Below are positions 13,201 through 28,200 of a stretch of DNA of 64,000 bases, piece after piece. Both the position numbers and the translations under genes were made by a program. The DNA is from Haliotis cracherodii. Lineage: Eukaryota. Under the pieces are notes generated by a model. The model saw nothing but the letters and a program-made list of their open reading frames with translations, ran no database searches and was not told the DNA's origin. The stretch spans positions 40,362,001 through 40,426,000 of the forward strand of contig NW_027266297.1 of NCBI RefSeq assembly GCF_022045235.1. The letters run 5' to 3'. Numbering within the stretch: position 1 is the stretch's first letter; each line of letters opens with the position of its first letter.

Positions 13201-16200
13201 TAACTGCATAATAGGTGCATCAGGTTAAACAACATGACAGTAAGTTGAACTGTATGACATGAGATTAAACTGCACAAGAATAGGTGAAACTGCATGACAA
13301 TATATTAAAATGGACATTAGGTTGAATTGCATGACAACAAGTTAACTGCATGACAACATATTAAACTGCACAACAATAAGTCAAACTGCATGACAAGAGG
13401 TTAGCGCAAGTCAAACAAACAAGCCTAACAAACACTATAATGGTTGTGTGTACATACTGACAACAGCTGCTTCGAAATGGATGGCGGGGAGAGGTTGTGG
13501 GTTGTGGGGAGGGAAGACGTAGACTGTCTGGTTGGAGAAGTACGCTGCCATGAATCGTGCCATGGTCTGAACCAGCTGTCGGATACTCTTGTCTCGGATA
13601 CAAGGAACCATGTCCGGGCTGTCAAATGCCTGCAAAGTAAAACAAACAGTTTTACTCTTTCATCTAAACATGGAAATCCTCCCAAAAATATACCAACCAA
13701 TGTATGATTCTAACTGTACATCCATCCCTCAAACTATAGGATAAAGCACATAAACCTATTTCAAAAGCATCGTGAGGAAAAACACAAGCCTAATGTACAC
13801 ATGTGGAGAGCTAGAGTGACTACAAAGGACTAGAGATCGTAACATTTGTGAGTAACTTTCTGATTTTGGAAATTGAATTTGACACTCATTTTACAATATT
13901 AGAATGATACACACTCAGGTAATAGTTTCCTACTCTTGGTATTAGTTGTATTTTCAATCATCAGAACCATGTCAAAAACTGCTGTGGTGAAATAATCCTA
14001 ACACTTGCGCTTTGTGTGAGTGAGTGATGACGTAAGCATCATGGTCATATCACATATGCAGCCCAGAGTTATTTCCCTTACACAACAATAACTACATATC
14101 TGACCTACCAGTGTCTTGAGTGTACTGGCCACTATGCTGCCCAGAGTTGTCTCCCCTACACAACAATAACTTCACTTCTGACCTACCAGTGTCTTCAGAG
14201 ACATGTCACAATGCCACCCAGAGTTATCTCCCCTACACAACAATAGCTACATCTCTGACCTACCAGTGTCTTCACGCCACTATGACGTTCAGAGTTATCT
14301 CCCTTACACAACAATAGCTACATCTCTGACCTACCAGTGTCTTGAGAGTACTGGCCACTATGACGCCCAGAGTTATCTCCCCTACACAACAATAACTACA
14401 AATCTGACCTACCAGTGTCTTCACGCCACTATGACACTCAGAGTTATCTCCCCTACACAACAATAGCTACATCTCTATCCTACCAGTGTCTTGAGAGTAC
14501 TGGCCACGATGACGCCCAGAGTTATCTCCCCTACACAACAATAGCTACATCTCTGACCTACCAGTGTCTTCACGCCACTATGACGTTCAGAGCTATCTCC
14601 CCTACACAACAATAGCTACATCTCTGACCTACCAGTGTCTTGAGAGTACTGGCCACTATGATGCCCAGAGTTATCTCCCCTACACAACAATAACTACATC
14701 TCTGACCTACCACTGTCTTGAGAGTACTGGCCACTATGACGTCCAGAGTTATCTCCCCTACACAACAATAACTACATCTATGACCTACCAGTGTCTTGAG
14801 AGTACTGGCCACTATGACGCCCAGAGTTATCTCCCCTACACAACAATAACTACATCTCTAACCTACCAGTGTCTTCACGCCACTATGACGTCCAGAGTTA
14901 TCTCCCCTACACAACAATAACTACATATCTGTTCTACCAGTGTCTTGAGAGTACTGGCCACTATGACGTCCAGAGTTATCTCCCCTACACAACAATAACT
15001 ACATATCTGACCTACCAGTGTCTTGAGAGTACTGCCCACTATGACGCCCAGAGTTATCTCCCCTACACAACAATAACTACATCTATGACCTACCAGTGTC
15101 TTGAGAGTACTGGCCACCATGACGCTCAGAGTTATCTCCCCTACACAACAATAGCTACATCTCTGACCTACCAGTGTCTTGAGAGTACTGGCCACTATGA
15201 CGCCCAGAGTTATCTCCCCTACACAACAATAACTACATCTCTGACCTACCAGTGTCTTCACGCCACTATGACGTCCAGAGTTATCTCCCCTACACAACAA
15301 TAACTACATATCTGTTCTACCAGTGTCTTGAGAGTACTGGCCTCGATGACGCCAATAGTTATCTCCCCTACACAACAATAACTACATATCTGACCTACCA
15401 GTGTCTTGAGAGTACTGGCCACTATGGTCATCAGGGGTAGTCGACTGTCCGAGGATGTTGTCCTGTTCAAGTGCTCGGGGTCCACCCCTACTGGGACGTT
15501 GGCTCTCAGAATGAGGCTGTCCACAAAGTCAACGGCAGTGAGCAGTTCCCCTCGTATGAGGTACGTGTACAGCAGGGAGTGTAACAGTCGGGCGGCCTTG
15601 TTACTGTCCTCCTTGGCTGAACAACAGGAGCATATCAACATCCACTTGAAACTTCATCATTTTAACTACAGTCCGTTTGACTCCAAATGAGAACAATGAA
15701 TTGCAAAATAACTCGAAATCCATTGTCCACGGTTTGTCCCCCCTATGTGTCATGTACACATTTACATATATACAAAATTACATGATAGTTTCTTAAAGAA
15801 CTTCGTCCGTCATGGGTCTTAAAAAAACCAAAATTCATATTTTGTTGGGTACAGGGTATTCATGGTCAAGTACCGTATTGATGTTTCATACACTTTCTGG
15901 ATTTCGAGTTATTTTGCAATTCATTGTTCTTATTTGGAGTCAAACGGACTGTACACATCTATTCCCAATGAAGCATGTGTTCCCGATGGTATTCTCTATG
16001 ATAGAGTTAACTTCATTATGCTGTCAATGCGATGTTTCGATACAGATTATCAAGCAAACTGTGAATAGCTTGATAAAGGTACTAGCATCTGTACCGATCA
16101 CATTGAAAGAACATCACAGTTGAATCCGTAAGTCCACTCTATCTTCACTGATACAACAGCTTCAACAATGCCTGCCTATTGCAAACAGCTTGTGAACCTT

Positions 16201-19200
16201 ATCTTGCCAATAAAACATTGACAATGGTGAAATGGAATTTTATTATGAACTTTTTCTCAAATTCTAAAGCTTACAAATACTTTTTCTTGATGATAAATAG
16301 AAATCACAACCTTGTTTTAAAACTAATCATCAAGTACTAGCCACCAACCTGACAAATACTAGTGAATAAACCATGTTTGAGATCAAATAAAGACAGTTGA
16401 GTTGGATAGTCTATGTAGGCTATCTACGGTACATATTATGGGAGATAAACCCTGCTCTCAAAGCACACCTCGCACTCACCTCCAATAGCCTTGAGCTGCT
16501 TGCTCCATGCATTCACAGCCTGTGTGTGGTGGCCGTCAAGGCTGTGTCTGTCACCTGCAACAATACAACACCAGCATAACAGAACAACATCAACTGCATC
16601 ACAGGATCAAGGAACACACTAGTTTCAGGTATCCTGTTCAATAACTTGGCTGGAATTCATATGCTGGAGTGCTGTCAGGAGGATACCCATTAGGATTTAG
16701 CTTCAGCTCACCCAAGACCAACTTTCAGGTTTAATTGTCCGACCCACCATGGCTGATCCTGGGAGACAGCTAGTGCTGTATGGATGTAAGACTCACCATG
16801 GCTGATCCTGGGAGACACCTGCTGGGGTAAGGGTGACTCACCATGGCTGATCCTGGAAGACATCTAGTGCTGTATGGATGTAAGACTCACCATGGCTGAT
16901 CCTGGGAAACAGCTAGTGCTGTATGGATGTAAGACTCACCATGGCTGATCCTGGGAGACACCTGCTGGGGTAAGGGTGACTCACCATGGCTGATCCTGGA
17001 AGACATCTAGTGCTGTATGGATGTAAGACTCACCATGGCTGATCCTGGGAAACAGCTAGTGCTGTATGGATGTAAGACTCACCATGGCTGATCTTGGGAG
17101 ACAGCTAGTGCTGTATGGATGTAAGACTCACCATGGCTGATCCTGGGAGACAGCTACTGCTGTATGGATGTAAGACTCACCATGGCTGATCCTGGGAGAC
17201 AGCTACTGCTGTATGGATGTAAGACTCACCATGGCTGATCCTGGGAGACACCTGCTGGGGTAAGGGTGACTCACCATGGCTGATCCTGGGAGACAGCTAC
17301 TGCTGTATGGATGTAAGACTCACCATGGCTGATCCTGGGAGACACCTGCTGCTGTATGGATGTAAGACTCACCATGGCTGATCCTGGGAGACAGCTACTG
17401 CTGTATGGATGTAAGACTCACCATGGCTGATCCTGGGAGACAGCTACTGCTGTATGGATGTAAGACTCACCATGGCTGATCCTGGGAGACAGCTACTGCT
17501 GTATGGATGTAAGACTCACCATGGCTGATCCTGGGAAACAGCTACAGCTGTATGGATGTAAGACTCACCATGGCTGATCCTGGGAGACAGCTACTGCTGT
17601 ATGGATGTAAGACTCACCATGACTGATCCTTGGAGAAAGGTACTGCTGTATGGATGTAAGACTCACCATGGCTGATCCTGGGAGACATCTAGTGCTGTAT
17701 GGATGTAAGTCTCACCATGGCTGATCCTGGGAGACACCTGCTGCTGTATGGATGTAAGACTCACCATGGCTGATCCTAGGAGACATCTAGTGCTGTATGG
17801 ATGTAAGTCTCACCATGGCTGATCCGGGAGACAGCTAGTGCTGTATGGATGTAAGACTCACCATGGCTGATCCTGGGAGACATCTGCTGGGGTAAGGGTG
17901 ACTCACCATGGCTGATCCTGGGAGACAGCTACTGCTGTATGGATGTAAGACTCACCATGGCTGATCCTGGGAGACACCTGCTGCTGTATGGATGTAAGAC
18001 TCACCATGGCTGATCCTGGGAGACAGCTACTGCTGTATGGATGTAAGACTCACCATGGCTGATCCTGGGAGACAGCTACTACTGTATGGATGTAAGACTC
18101 ACCATGGCTGATCCTGGGAGACAGCTACTGCTGTATGGATGTAAGACTCACCATGGCTGATCCTGGGAGACATCTAGTGCTGTATGGATGTAAGACTCAC
18201 CATGGCTGATCCTGGGAAACAGCTACAGCTGTATGGATGTAAGACTCACCATGGCTGATCCTGGGAGACAGCTACTGCTGTATGGATGTAAGACTCACCA
18301 TGACTGATCCTTGGAGAAAGGTACTGCTGTATGGATGTAAGACCCACCATGGCTGATCCTGGGAGACATCTAGTGCTGTATGGATGTAAGTCTCACCATG
18401 GCTGATCCTGGGAGACACCTGCTGCAGTATGGATGTAAGACTCACCATGGCTGATCCTAGGAGACATCTAGTGCTGTATGGATGTAAGTCTCACCATGGC
18501 TGATCCGGGAGACAGCTAGTGCTGTATGGATGTAAGACTCACCATGGCTGATCCTGGGAGACAGCTAGTGCTGTATGGACGTAAGACTCACCATGGCTGA
18601 TCCTGGGAGACAGCTACTGCTGTATGGATGTAAGACTCACCATGGCTGATCCTAGGAGACATCTAGTGCTGAATGGATGTAAGACTCACCATGGCTGATC
18701 CTAGGAGACATCTAGTGCTGAATGGATGTAAGACTCGCCATGGCTGATCCTAGGAGACACCTGCTGGGGTAAGGGTGACTCACCATGGCTGATCCTGGGA
18801 GGCAGCTACTGCTGTATGGATGTAAGACTCACCATGGCTGATCCTGCAAGACAGCTACTGCTGTATGGATGTAAGACTCACCATGGCTGATCCTGGGAGA
18901 CAGCTACTGCTGTATGGATGTAAGACTCACCATGGCTGATCCTGCGAGACAGCTACTGCTGTATGGATGTAAGACTCACCATGGCTGATCCTGGGAGACA
19001 GCTACTGCTGTATGGATGTAAGACTCACCATGGCTGATCCTGGGAGACAGCTAGTACTGTATGGATGTAAGACTCACCATGGCTGATCCTGGGAGACGCC
19101 TGCTGGGGTATGGGTGTCTCCATATGCTGCATGGTCTCCTGGATTTGACACATGAGGTTCTGGGCCTGTCTGTATTCAGCCTCACTCTGACACTGGTGGG

Positions 19201-22200
19201 TCTGGAAGTGCACCAGGTTCTTGTACAGCATCATCCAGGTTGCCGACAGTCTGGAACAACAATACATAGCAAGTCACTAGACACCAGTACTGAATGACAA
19301 GCCAAAACACGATGCTGAATGAGGAGATGTTGATTTAATGTGCATCAACTTGGATGCTGACAGTGATACATCTCTAACCATGGCAACAAAAAAAGTCGTC
19401 ACAATGCTGAACATAAAAAAACTTTTCAAATTACAAATACAGTAAACTTTGGTAACTACGAACTCAAAGGGACCACTACGTTTAGTTTATAATAACCACA
19501 GTTCATTATAGTGAGTGAGTGAGTGAGCATGGTCTTATGCTGCTTTTAGCAATATTCCTGTATTATCACGGCGGGGGACACCAAAAATGGGCTTCACACA
19601 TTGTATCTATGTCGGAAATCGAACCCGGCTCTTCGGCATGACTAGAGAACGCTTTAACCACTAGGCTACCTGTGTGCCCCACAGTTCATTATTATAAAAG
19701 CATATATACGGCATATATAGAGTAAATGGCCGGGACCCCCCCCCAAAAGTTCATTATATCCGTCCGTTCATAGTTTACTGTACATGATTTTCCTTCACAT
19801 TGTAAAATTGTGAAGTGGCTCTGTAAACAACGATAGAACCCAAGGGCCTCACCTCTTGGACAGCAGCTGGGATGCTGCCGTGTTGTCCACCCCATCAATC
19901 CGCCCCTGCTGGTACTGATCAGCCCCTCCCAGCCCTGACCGCGGAGTGAAGGGCTTGGAGGACACCGACTTGGGAAGCCACACATACGTCTTGTTGAACG
20001 TCTTCTCCGAAAACCTAAGCAGCGTGTAACATCCAGACAACGTCTTCAGTCTAGGGTCGAGCTGGTCTAGACCCGGGCTGTCCAGGACAAGCTTGGCCGT
20101 GTGGTGCATGAGCTGGAGTGAGACCGGAGTCAGGTGCTGGTGAAGCACGTCAAACTGCAACAGGTCCAGCATCTGCCGATACATCGTCATCACCTGGAAC
20201 AGGCCGCTGTTCTGGATGGCCGGAGACTGGACGGACGGATTTATCATTTCACTGACCGGCGGACAGTTCAGGATGAGGGAAAACATCTTAACCATGTTCT
20301 GTGCGATCGACTTAGCTACACGGTCCAGAGCAGATGTCCAAATGTCGCTGTGTGATGCTGCCAGCTTCCATGACATGAAAAGAGCAACTTTTGCTGCCTG
20401 CATCCGTTTAGCTACAGCCTCCTGTTCCGCCATGCTGAGATAGGAAGAGTCCACAGTGGCCATCATCATCTCCGGCTCACCAAACATAATCTTCCCTGAG
20501 CTGAGGTTCTGCATAGCACCAAACTGACCGAAGCCGTCGTCCAACACAGCACTCACTTCGCTGTCCTGAGTGTCATTCAAAGATCCTGTCAAATCTTCAA
20601 AACTGTACCGTAAATTTTTCAACCTTTGAGGTTTTGATCTGGACTCTGCTAACATTCTCTCCCTCTTCCGATTCGCCATTCTGTCGTGTTCGGCTTTGTC
20701 CACCGGCAAGTTGTATGGACTTGCTAGAGTCATATCAATTCCTTCTTGGTCCTGTATCCACTTTAGATGTTTTGACGACTCAAAGACAAGGTCGCGCATG
20801 AAGGCCATGCATCTTGTGTCACATGGCAGTTGGACCACGGTCACCATGTAGCCATCAGAGAAGAGGATGATGGGAAGGGAGGGGTGTGTGGACACGGAGA
20901 ATATCTGCTGTAGGGGGTCATCTCCGTGTTCATCCAAGACTGGCTCAGTTTCACCTTCTTGTCTAAAACAGAAGGATTTTTAAGAAATAACTACACCATA
21001 ACATATTGTATAATAATAACAGAAGCATTCTTACATGTATTCATATCTCCAAATCTCAACATGCCAAAGGTGGACTGTCCCCTCAATCTAGGGCCTGAAT
21101 AAATCTACAAAAAGCCTTGTGCACCTATTTACAGTCTAAGTCTACAAGAAGAGGTGAGGTGAGATGAAATTGGGTTTAACGGTGTGCACTAGTCCGGACT
21201 CATGCCGATTTATAGTGCTAGCTCACTGAGATACCATGCCACAGTTTAACATGAATACCCCACTCAGATAAAGTATACTGACTCCGAGCAGTCCAGTCCT
21301 AGTTTTAGCCCCTAATGCTGAGCGCCAGACAGGGTAACAACAAGTACCATCTTTTAACGTCTTTTGGTATGGCGCGGCCGAGGATCAAACCCCGGACCTT
21401 CCGCTCTCTGGGCGGACGCTCTACCACAAGACCACAGAGGCGGTTTCTACAAGAAGAAGCTTGAGTACTTTCTAGGTCTTCAGTAAGAGCATTCTGAGTT
21501 TGAATACAGTCTAGGTCACAACAGCCCTGAATACCCGAACAGATTTAAAGAGAAAAGAACAAAAACACAAAAACAATCAAAAATTATAAACATCTTTTCT
21601 CTCATTTCAAGAAAGCACTTACTGAACTCTAATGACGGGGTGTATTGGGATGAAGCGAGATGGACCAAGGTCAATAGAGCAGCCCGACGTCTGAATGCTG
21701 ATTGGCTCCCCAAGCCGGGACACCAAACAAATGGAACCGTTCCGTAGAATACATGCCAGAAACAGATTGTCACAGGTCCAGGACATCGAGGACACCCAGT
21801 AGCAACTGAAATTGTATCATGTATCAGTATGTATTAAAATGTATCACAATGTAAGTTGTAACAATATGTATCATTATATGATTATGTACCAGTATGTAGA
21901 AGTACGAGTCAATATGTATCAGCATGTATCAATATGTTTGTTTGTTGTTTAATGCCGCACTCATCAATATTCCAGCTATGTGACAGCAGTCTGTAAATAA
22001 TCGAATCTGGACCAGACAATCCAGTGATTGACATCATAAACATCGACCCTCGCAATTGGGATACGATGATATGCATCAACCAAGTCAGCGAGCCTGACCA
22101 CCCGATCCCGTTAGTCGCCTCTTATGAAAGGATAGTCAACTTTTACGGCAAGCATGGGATGCTGAAGACCTATTCTGACCCGGATCTTTACATCGATCAA

Positions 22201-25200
22201 TATGTATCAGGATGAGTCAATATTTACTACATATGAACAACGTTCAGCTTATAAGTCCTGTATATCCCACAAGTGACAAATGTATTGAATTTGTCATTAC
22301 TAGTTGACAACTTACAAAGACATAAATACAGTGAAATATTTGCCTGTGACAATTAAATCTATCTCAGGACCACCAAGGGACTTTCAGTATGGTAACCATG
22401 GTGACTCAAAGTGCAACGAGAAACATTAAGACATGATAAGCAAGTGTATCATCCATACAGCCCAGCCAGTCAATTTGTATGGCTTTATCAAACAGTTAGC
22501 CAGATTCTTTAACAAGTAACAAATTTTCGTTGTGTTCATTGAAATTCCTGCATTCTGATTAGCTGAAATGGTCACGTGTTATTGCATTCATTTCTTAATG
22601 AATGTAAAAAAAATTTACAAACCCGTAGAGGTTATGAATTCTCTGATGAAATCCTCCTTGGGGCACTTATTGCATTTTCCTTGCTCAAGAAAATCTACAT
22701 GACAAAGTTGTAACCATTTTCCTTAATAAAAAATGTTACCACACAAAAAACTTTGTTTTTGTATGATATACGACCACCCTTACGGGGCCTCACCACCAAC
22801 GGCGCCTCACGCCAGGGGGAGCAACTCTCACCCAAATCACTTTCCATATGTCAAATGCTGACGGAATGTGGGGAGGTGGGTGGCCGTGCCCCAAGGAGGA
22901 TTTCATCAGAGAATTCATAACCTCTACAGGTTTGTAAAATTCTCTTTCTGATTAAATCCTCCTTGGGGCACTTATTGCATCAGGACAGACTCCCAAAGAT
23001 AATCTAGGAAGTGGCATCCGTCAGCAACAGGCGTAAATAAATACATCGTATTTGATTATTCAACAGAATAAAATATTGAGTTCAATAAATGGAACCAACC
23101 TTATCGTGAGGCACCACCGTCGAAAGGCGGGGGCTAGAGACAGGGCGTGGTCGACCATATATTATGATAAAGCCTGTTTTTGCGGCTTGTCATAAGTTGA
23201 GAACTCGAAACACCTCCCACCCCCACACTTTTTTTGAACAAGTGATATAGGGGCGTAGATCACGAGAGACCATAACCAGCGCTGAGCTAGGCCAGAGGGT
23301 CCCCGAGGACTGAAGGAGCGCGTGCGCAAAATACGAGTATTATCGAGTAGTACGGACTGATATTTATCGACCGCAGAAGATAAAATCCGGACCATTACCG
23401 AGCAGTATAACCGGAGGACTGTCTAAAATCTCGAATGCTCAATCGGCTAGAGATTAGAACTTTGCCCCGTTCGGAGAACTGACTGACCAAACCGAGTACG
23501 CTCGCTTGAGTGTTTGTTGAGTTGGTAAGGTTTGATGAATCGTGCTCGGCTGGCTCCAAATAGCCGCGGAGCAGATCTGCTCAATGTGCAGAGCCGCGGC
23601 GTACGCTTTTGACGCAGCCACTGCTCTAACCTAATGAGCCTTCAACCTGGTAGGGGGGTCCCTGCCTGTAAGCGTATACGCTGTACAAATGGTTGAAACT
23701 ATCCACCTCAAGATAGATTGTTTACTCGCAGGTGAGCCAACCTTCCTACCGCGGTAACAGCAAAATAGTTGGTTATCCTTACGGACACCAATATTTCTGC
23801 TGATATAGGCCTTGAGAGTCGTGCGGACATCCAAGACATGAGCATGTCTTGCAGTGGTCCCCGACGAGGAAGGCTGTGAAAGAGCAGGTAGCAGGAGCCG
23901 TTCACGTGGAAGCGTGTGCGACCCTTTGACGGTAAGAGTCCGGTAGTCGAAAACTGACTCTGTCCCGGTGATATTTATCGACCGCATGGAAGACAGTTAT
24001 TTCGGGATCGGCTGACATAACACGAATGTCGCCTACCCGTCTGCCGGACGTTACCACCACAAGGAACGCCGTCTCCCAGCTCAACAGCTGAAGAGAGAGA
24101 GACGACAGATCCCGAAAGGAAGGACCGGACAGCCAATCGAGAATGATTGACAAGTCCCAAGGGGGACTGATCCGCCGGACTGGCGGTCGGATCCTGTCCA
24201 CACCTGCTAAAAAGCGCTGCACTAATGGGTGTGCACCCAGAAGTGCCCCGTCGACAGTGACGTGAAAAGCTGCGATAGCTGTAGAGTACCCCCGGACTGT
24301 TGATGCGTCCAGGCCGTCATCTAGTCGCGACTGGAGAAACTCAAGCACAGATACGAGATCTGCAGAAAAAAAGATCTGCAATCCCTCTATCGACACACCA
24401 GGGCGCATAGCAGGCCTATCTATCGTACTGACCGTTTGTCGAATCTCTCCGCGAAGCCAGTATTGTGTCTGCAACTCGTGCAGGAATACCGCTCTTCTGG
24501 AGGCGATTCCTGACAGTGGCCAAGCCACCCATTGAATCCTGGGATTCGGGTGGAGGGCCCCGTTCTGGGATAGGAGGTCCGGTCATAAAGGTAATATAAC
24601 AGGAGGCTGAGCCAGAAACCTGAGTATTACTTGAAACCCACTCTGCGCCGACTAAAGAGGTGCCAGGAGCACAATTAGTCGTGCAGGCTGAGTGCTTAGC
24701 TGAGACAGGACCTTGGAAATCAAAGGTACTGGGGGGAATGCCCACAGAATTCTGTCCGTCCAATCTAGCTGGAAGCCGTCCGGTGCCACCGACCTCGGGT
24801 CGTGGACTTGGGAGCAGAACGTTGGTGTCTGGTGATTCATCACAGACGCAAACAGATCCACCTGTAACGGCCTGTATAACAGGGAGAAAATCCCGAATAT
24901 CCCCGGGTCGAGCCTCCACTCGTGAGGAGCGAGGATCTGGCGAGACAGAGCGTCCGTACGGACGTTGTCCACCCCCGGGAGATAAACAGGTAGCACCCTG
25001 ATATCATGAGAGTCGCACTATAGTAGGAACTGCCACGTCTTTCGTCGAAGCGACGGAGACGCCGTTCCCCCCTGCTTCCGGATGTAAGTCATCGCCGTTT
25101 GGTTGTCCATCTCTAGACGAACCACTTGGCCACGAAGCAGACCCGGGAAGCGTTGGAACACCAACCTGACCGCTCTCAGTTCTAGCACATTGATATGCAG

Positions 25201-28200
25201 TTTGATCTCCTGCTGGGACCATAGTCCCGAGGCAGTGTGATCATTCAGAACGCCTCCCCAGCCGGAGAGTGACGTGTCTGTTTGAACTGTGAGAGACGGA
25301 ACGGGAGTGTCGAGGTGGAGCCCCCGGGACAGATTCCCGACCTCGGTCCACCACTGGAGGTGTGTAATGAGCCACTACGGAGTCTCGAGCACAGTCTCGA
25401 GATCTTCCGAGTTCGCCCAAAGTCGACAGAGTGCTTGTTGAATGGGACTCATTCTCAAGCGCCCCGCCAGACCAAATCCACTGTCGCCGCCATGTTGTCC
25501 AGTAACTGGAGCTATGTACGAGCAGTGTGACTTGCGCTTAAGGGACTTGATATCTTGTGACAGAGATACACGTCCTCTCACCATGTTGAAATTAGCCACT
25601 AGGAAGACTAGATTCTGAGTGGGGCTCAGATCTGACTTCTTGAGACTGACCATCCACCCTAGAGTGATCAGAATATCTATCACTTGTTGTGTAGCTATCT
25701 GACTCAGGGATTGCGATAGAGCTCTTAGTAACCAGTCGTCGAGGTACGGATGGCAGAACCGACCTTTTGACCTGGCCACTTGGGCGGGAATCAACATCAG
25801 CTTGGTGAACACCCTCGGGGCCGTGAAGATCCCGAATGGTAGAACCCTGAACTGATAACACCTCCCGTCGAAAGAAAACCTCAGGTATTTCTTGAACTCG
25901 GGGTGTATTGGTATGTGGAGATAGGCGTATTTAAGTCTATTGACGTTAGCCATTCTCCTGTCTCAACAGGTGAGATCACTGTTTGGTGACTAGGAAACAA
26001 GTCGAGTAGAAGCCCTCGCTTTCCTGTCCCCGGTTCGATTGCAGCTTTCATAAGTGCGTCGACCTCGGCACGGAGGAATTCCGCCTTCTCTCGGGTAGCA
26101 GGCACCGGAGTGTGCTTTATCCCGGAGAAGGGGAGGGGCGGATGATGTTTCCACCGAGGCAAATGGCCATCCCTTAAAATGGACGGGGTCCGGGGATTGT
26201 GATGTAACTGTCTCCGATTCCTTCAGGAATAGAGCCAGTCGGCCGCCTACGGGGACATCCGGCTGGAGGCAGTGGACCCCGGCTGTTGGCAGTTCGATAA
26301 CTTGCGACTGTGGGTTCACCCGGGGCTCTTCGGGCGCTAATGGGAACCCATCGTTCCCAGCCCCGCGAATAAGCTGTTGGTCTCGACCAGCTGCCTTGCC
26401 CCGGCCCGTGCCTCTCTTGCTCCTCCCGGCGCCCTTATACCTGAAGGAAGCGGCGGCTTCCAAGCAGGTGTGGACGTCTGACCCGTGCGTTAGCGTAGGA
26501 GGGGACAATTGGAGAGGCCCGCTTACGCGGTTTTAACGCTTGGTACCTCCAACATGGCCTCATGAGTCTTTGATGGAAGTATACAATTGAGCGGCCTCTC
26601 GGACCACCTGCTGAGCCCCAGGGAAGAGGGTGGCACCCTCTTATACGGCAAAGCAAGTAAGTCTTGGCGTGTGTAAGTCGAGTATTTAGATACCGACATC
26701 CACCGCCTGCGCATGCCCATAACAGCGCACATCATCTGCGAGGCACAGCTACGAATAGCGTCCCGTGTAAGATAACTGAACTTCCGTTAGTTGCGCGGCC
26801 AGCTCCGAAGAGTCGACCGGCCCCTCTCCCGCTAACTCCCTCTGTACAGCCGACAGATACACGGAGTGTACGGACACACGGAGCTGTTGGCATGCATTAT
26901 GATATTGCTCCTCGAAGCATATGTAAGCAGCCTTCAACTCCGCACCGCACGCGGGAAAGTGGGGGCAACAGCCGGCCCTGCTTGACCTTAGTCAAGTTGG
27001 GTGTCTCCGACTCTGGCATGGGCGCAGCCACCTGAGGCAGTATCTGGACAATCCTGTCCCGCACGTGCCTCTGCACCCGGCCCGATGCCGAGGTGCCGGA
27101 GGTTCAAGGGAACCCACCTGGCACCGGGCTAGGTATCCACTAGTGGAAGCCTCGGCCTCGGAAGAGGCGTCTGGCTCCGCTAGGGAAAATTGTGCGTCGG
27201 TAGTGCACGGGCCGAGCCGGCGCCCGCCACCACTACGCTGAGGATCGACCGCGAGCCAGAGCCGAAGCTCGGTCTTGGATCGTCCCCGAGACAAAGGGAA
27301 CCAACCTTGCTCCGGGGCAGGTATCCACTAGTGGAAGCCTCGGCCTCGGAAGAGGCGTCTGGCTTCGCTAGGGAAAATTGTGCGTCGGTGGTGCACGGGC
27401 CGGCGCCCGCCACCACTACGCTTGGGAGCGACCTCGAGCCGGAGCCGAAGCTCGGTCTCGGATCGTCCCCAAGACAAAGGGAACCCCCCTGGCTCCGTGC
27501 TACGAATCCACTAGTGAAAGCCTCGGCCTCGGAAGAGGAGTCTGGCTCCGCTAGGGAAAATTGTGCGTCAGTAGTGCACGGGCCGGTGCCCGCCACCCCT
27601 CCGCTGGGGAGCGACCTCGAGCCAGAGCCGAAGCCCGGTCTCGGATCGTCCCCGAGATCAAGTGGCCTGCCTCGGCCGACGCCGGGCATAACACAGATCT
27701 CGAAGCCGCGTCCGGCGCCGACAACGGGGAAGGCTCAGCCCGTAGCTCCTGCCGGAGCCGAGACTTCACCTCCTCCATCATCGACGCCATCGGCGACTTA
27801 AGTAACGCAGAACAGTCTGCCAAAGACAGTGCAGGAGAGGGTGCAGTGCTTACTACGGGGACCCTCTAGCCTTCTCCCCCGGTCCCCGGAGAGGGAGCGG
27901 GGGGAGACAATCTCGGCAGCTTTTTTACCCTTTTTAGATAGGGAGGGGGGGGGGATGTCTTAGTAGATCTGATATCTACCCCCGCCTTTATAGACCTCTT
28001 TAAAGTGGAACAAGTCAACTTGTCTCTTTTGGGGGGTAAAGGCAATGTCCTCCGCCAGACATATCAGGCAGCATTCGTGCCTGTCTTAGAACAACCCGTA
28101 CACAGTTTGAAGGTCTTTGTAAACAAGACCGTAATTTCTGAGGTGGGCGGGAAGGGTATTAACGTGTATCAGTGCGATATAAAGATTGGAAAGATACGTG

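Noticed and set aside
14120-15440. Plus-strand repetitive ORFs (HYDAQSYLPYTT...) as genes
   Set aside because: By-products of a 78-bp unit divisible by 3, antisense to an intron
1-19077. Tandem arrays as CRISPR arrays
   Set aside because: No unique spacers, units are contiguous, the context is eukaryotic introns and there are no cas genes
22392-22405. RFX X-box-like palindromes (gtaaccatggtgac; also taaccatggcaac at ~19374)
   Set aside because: Imperfect matches deep in introns, not near the candidate promoter; not supportable
27190-27869. Plus-strand ORFs within the DIRS gag region
   Set aside because: Antisense shadows of a GC-rich internally repeated region
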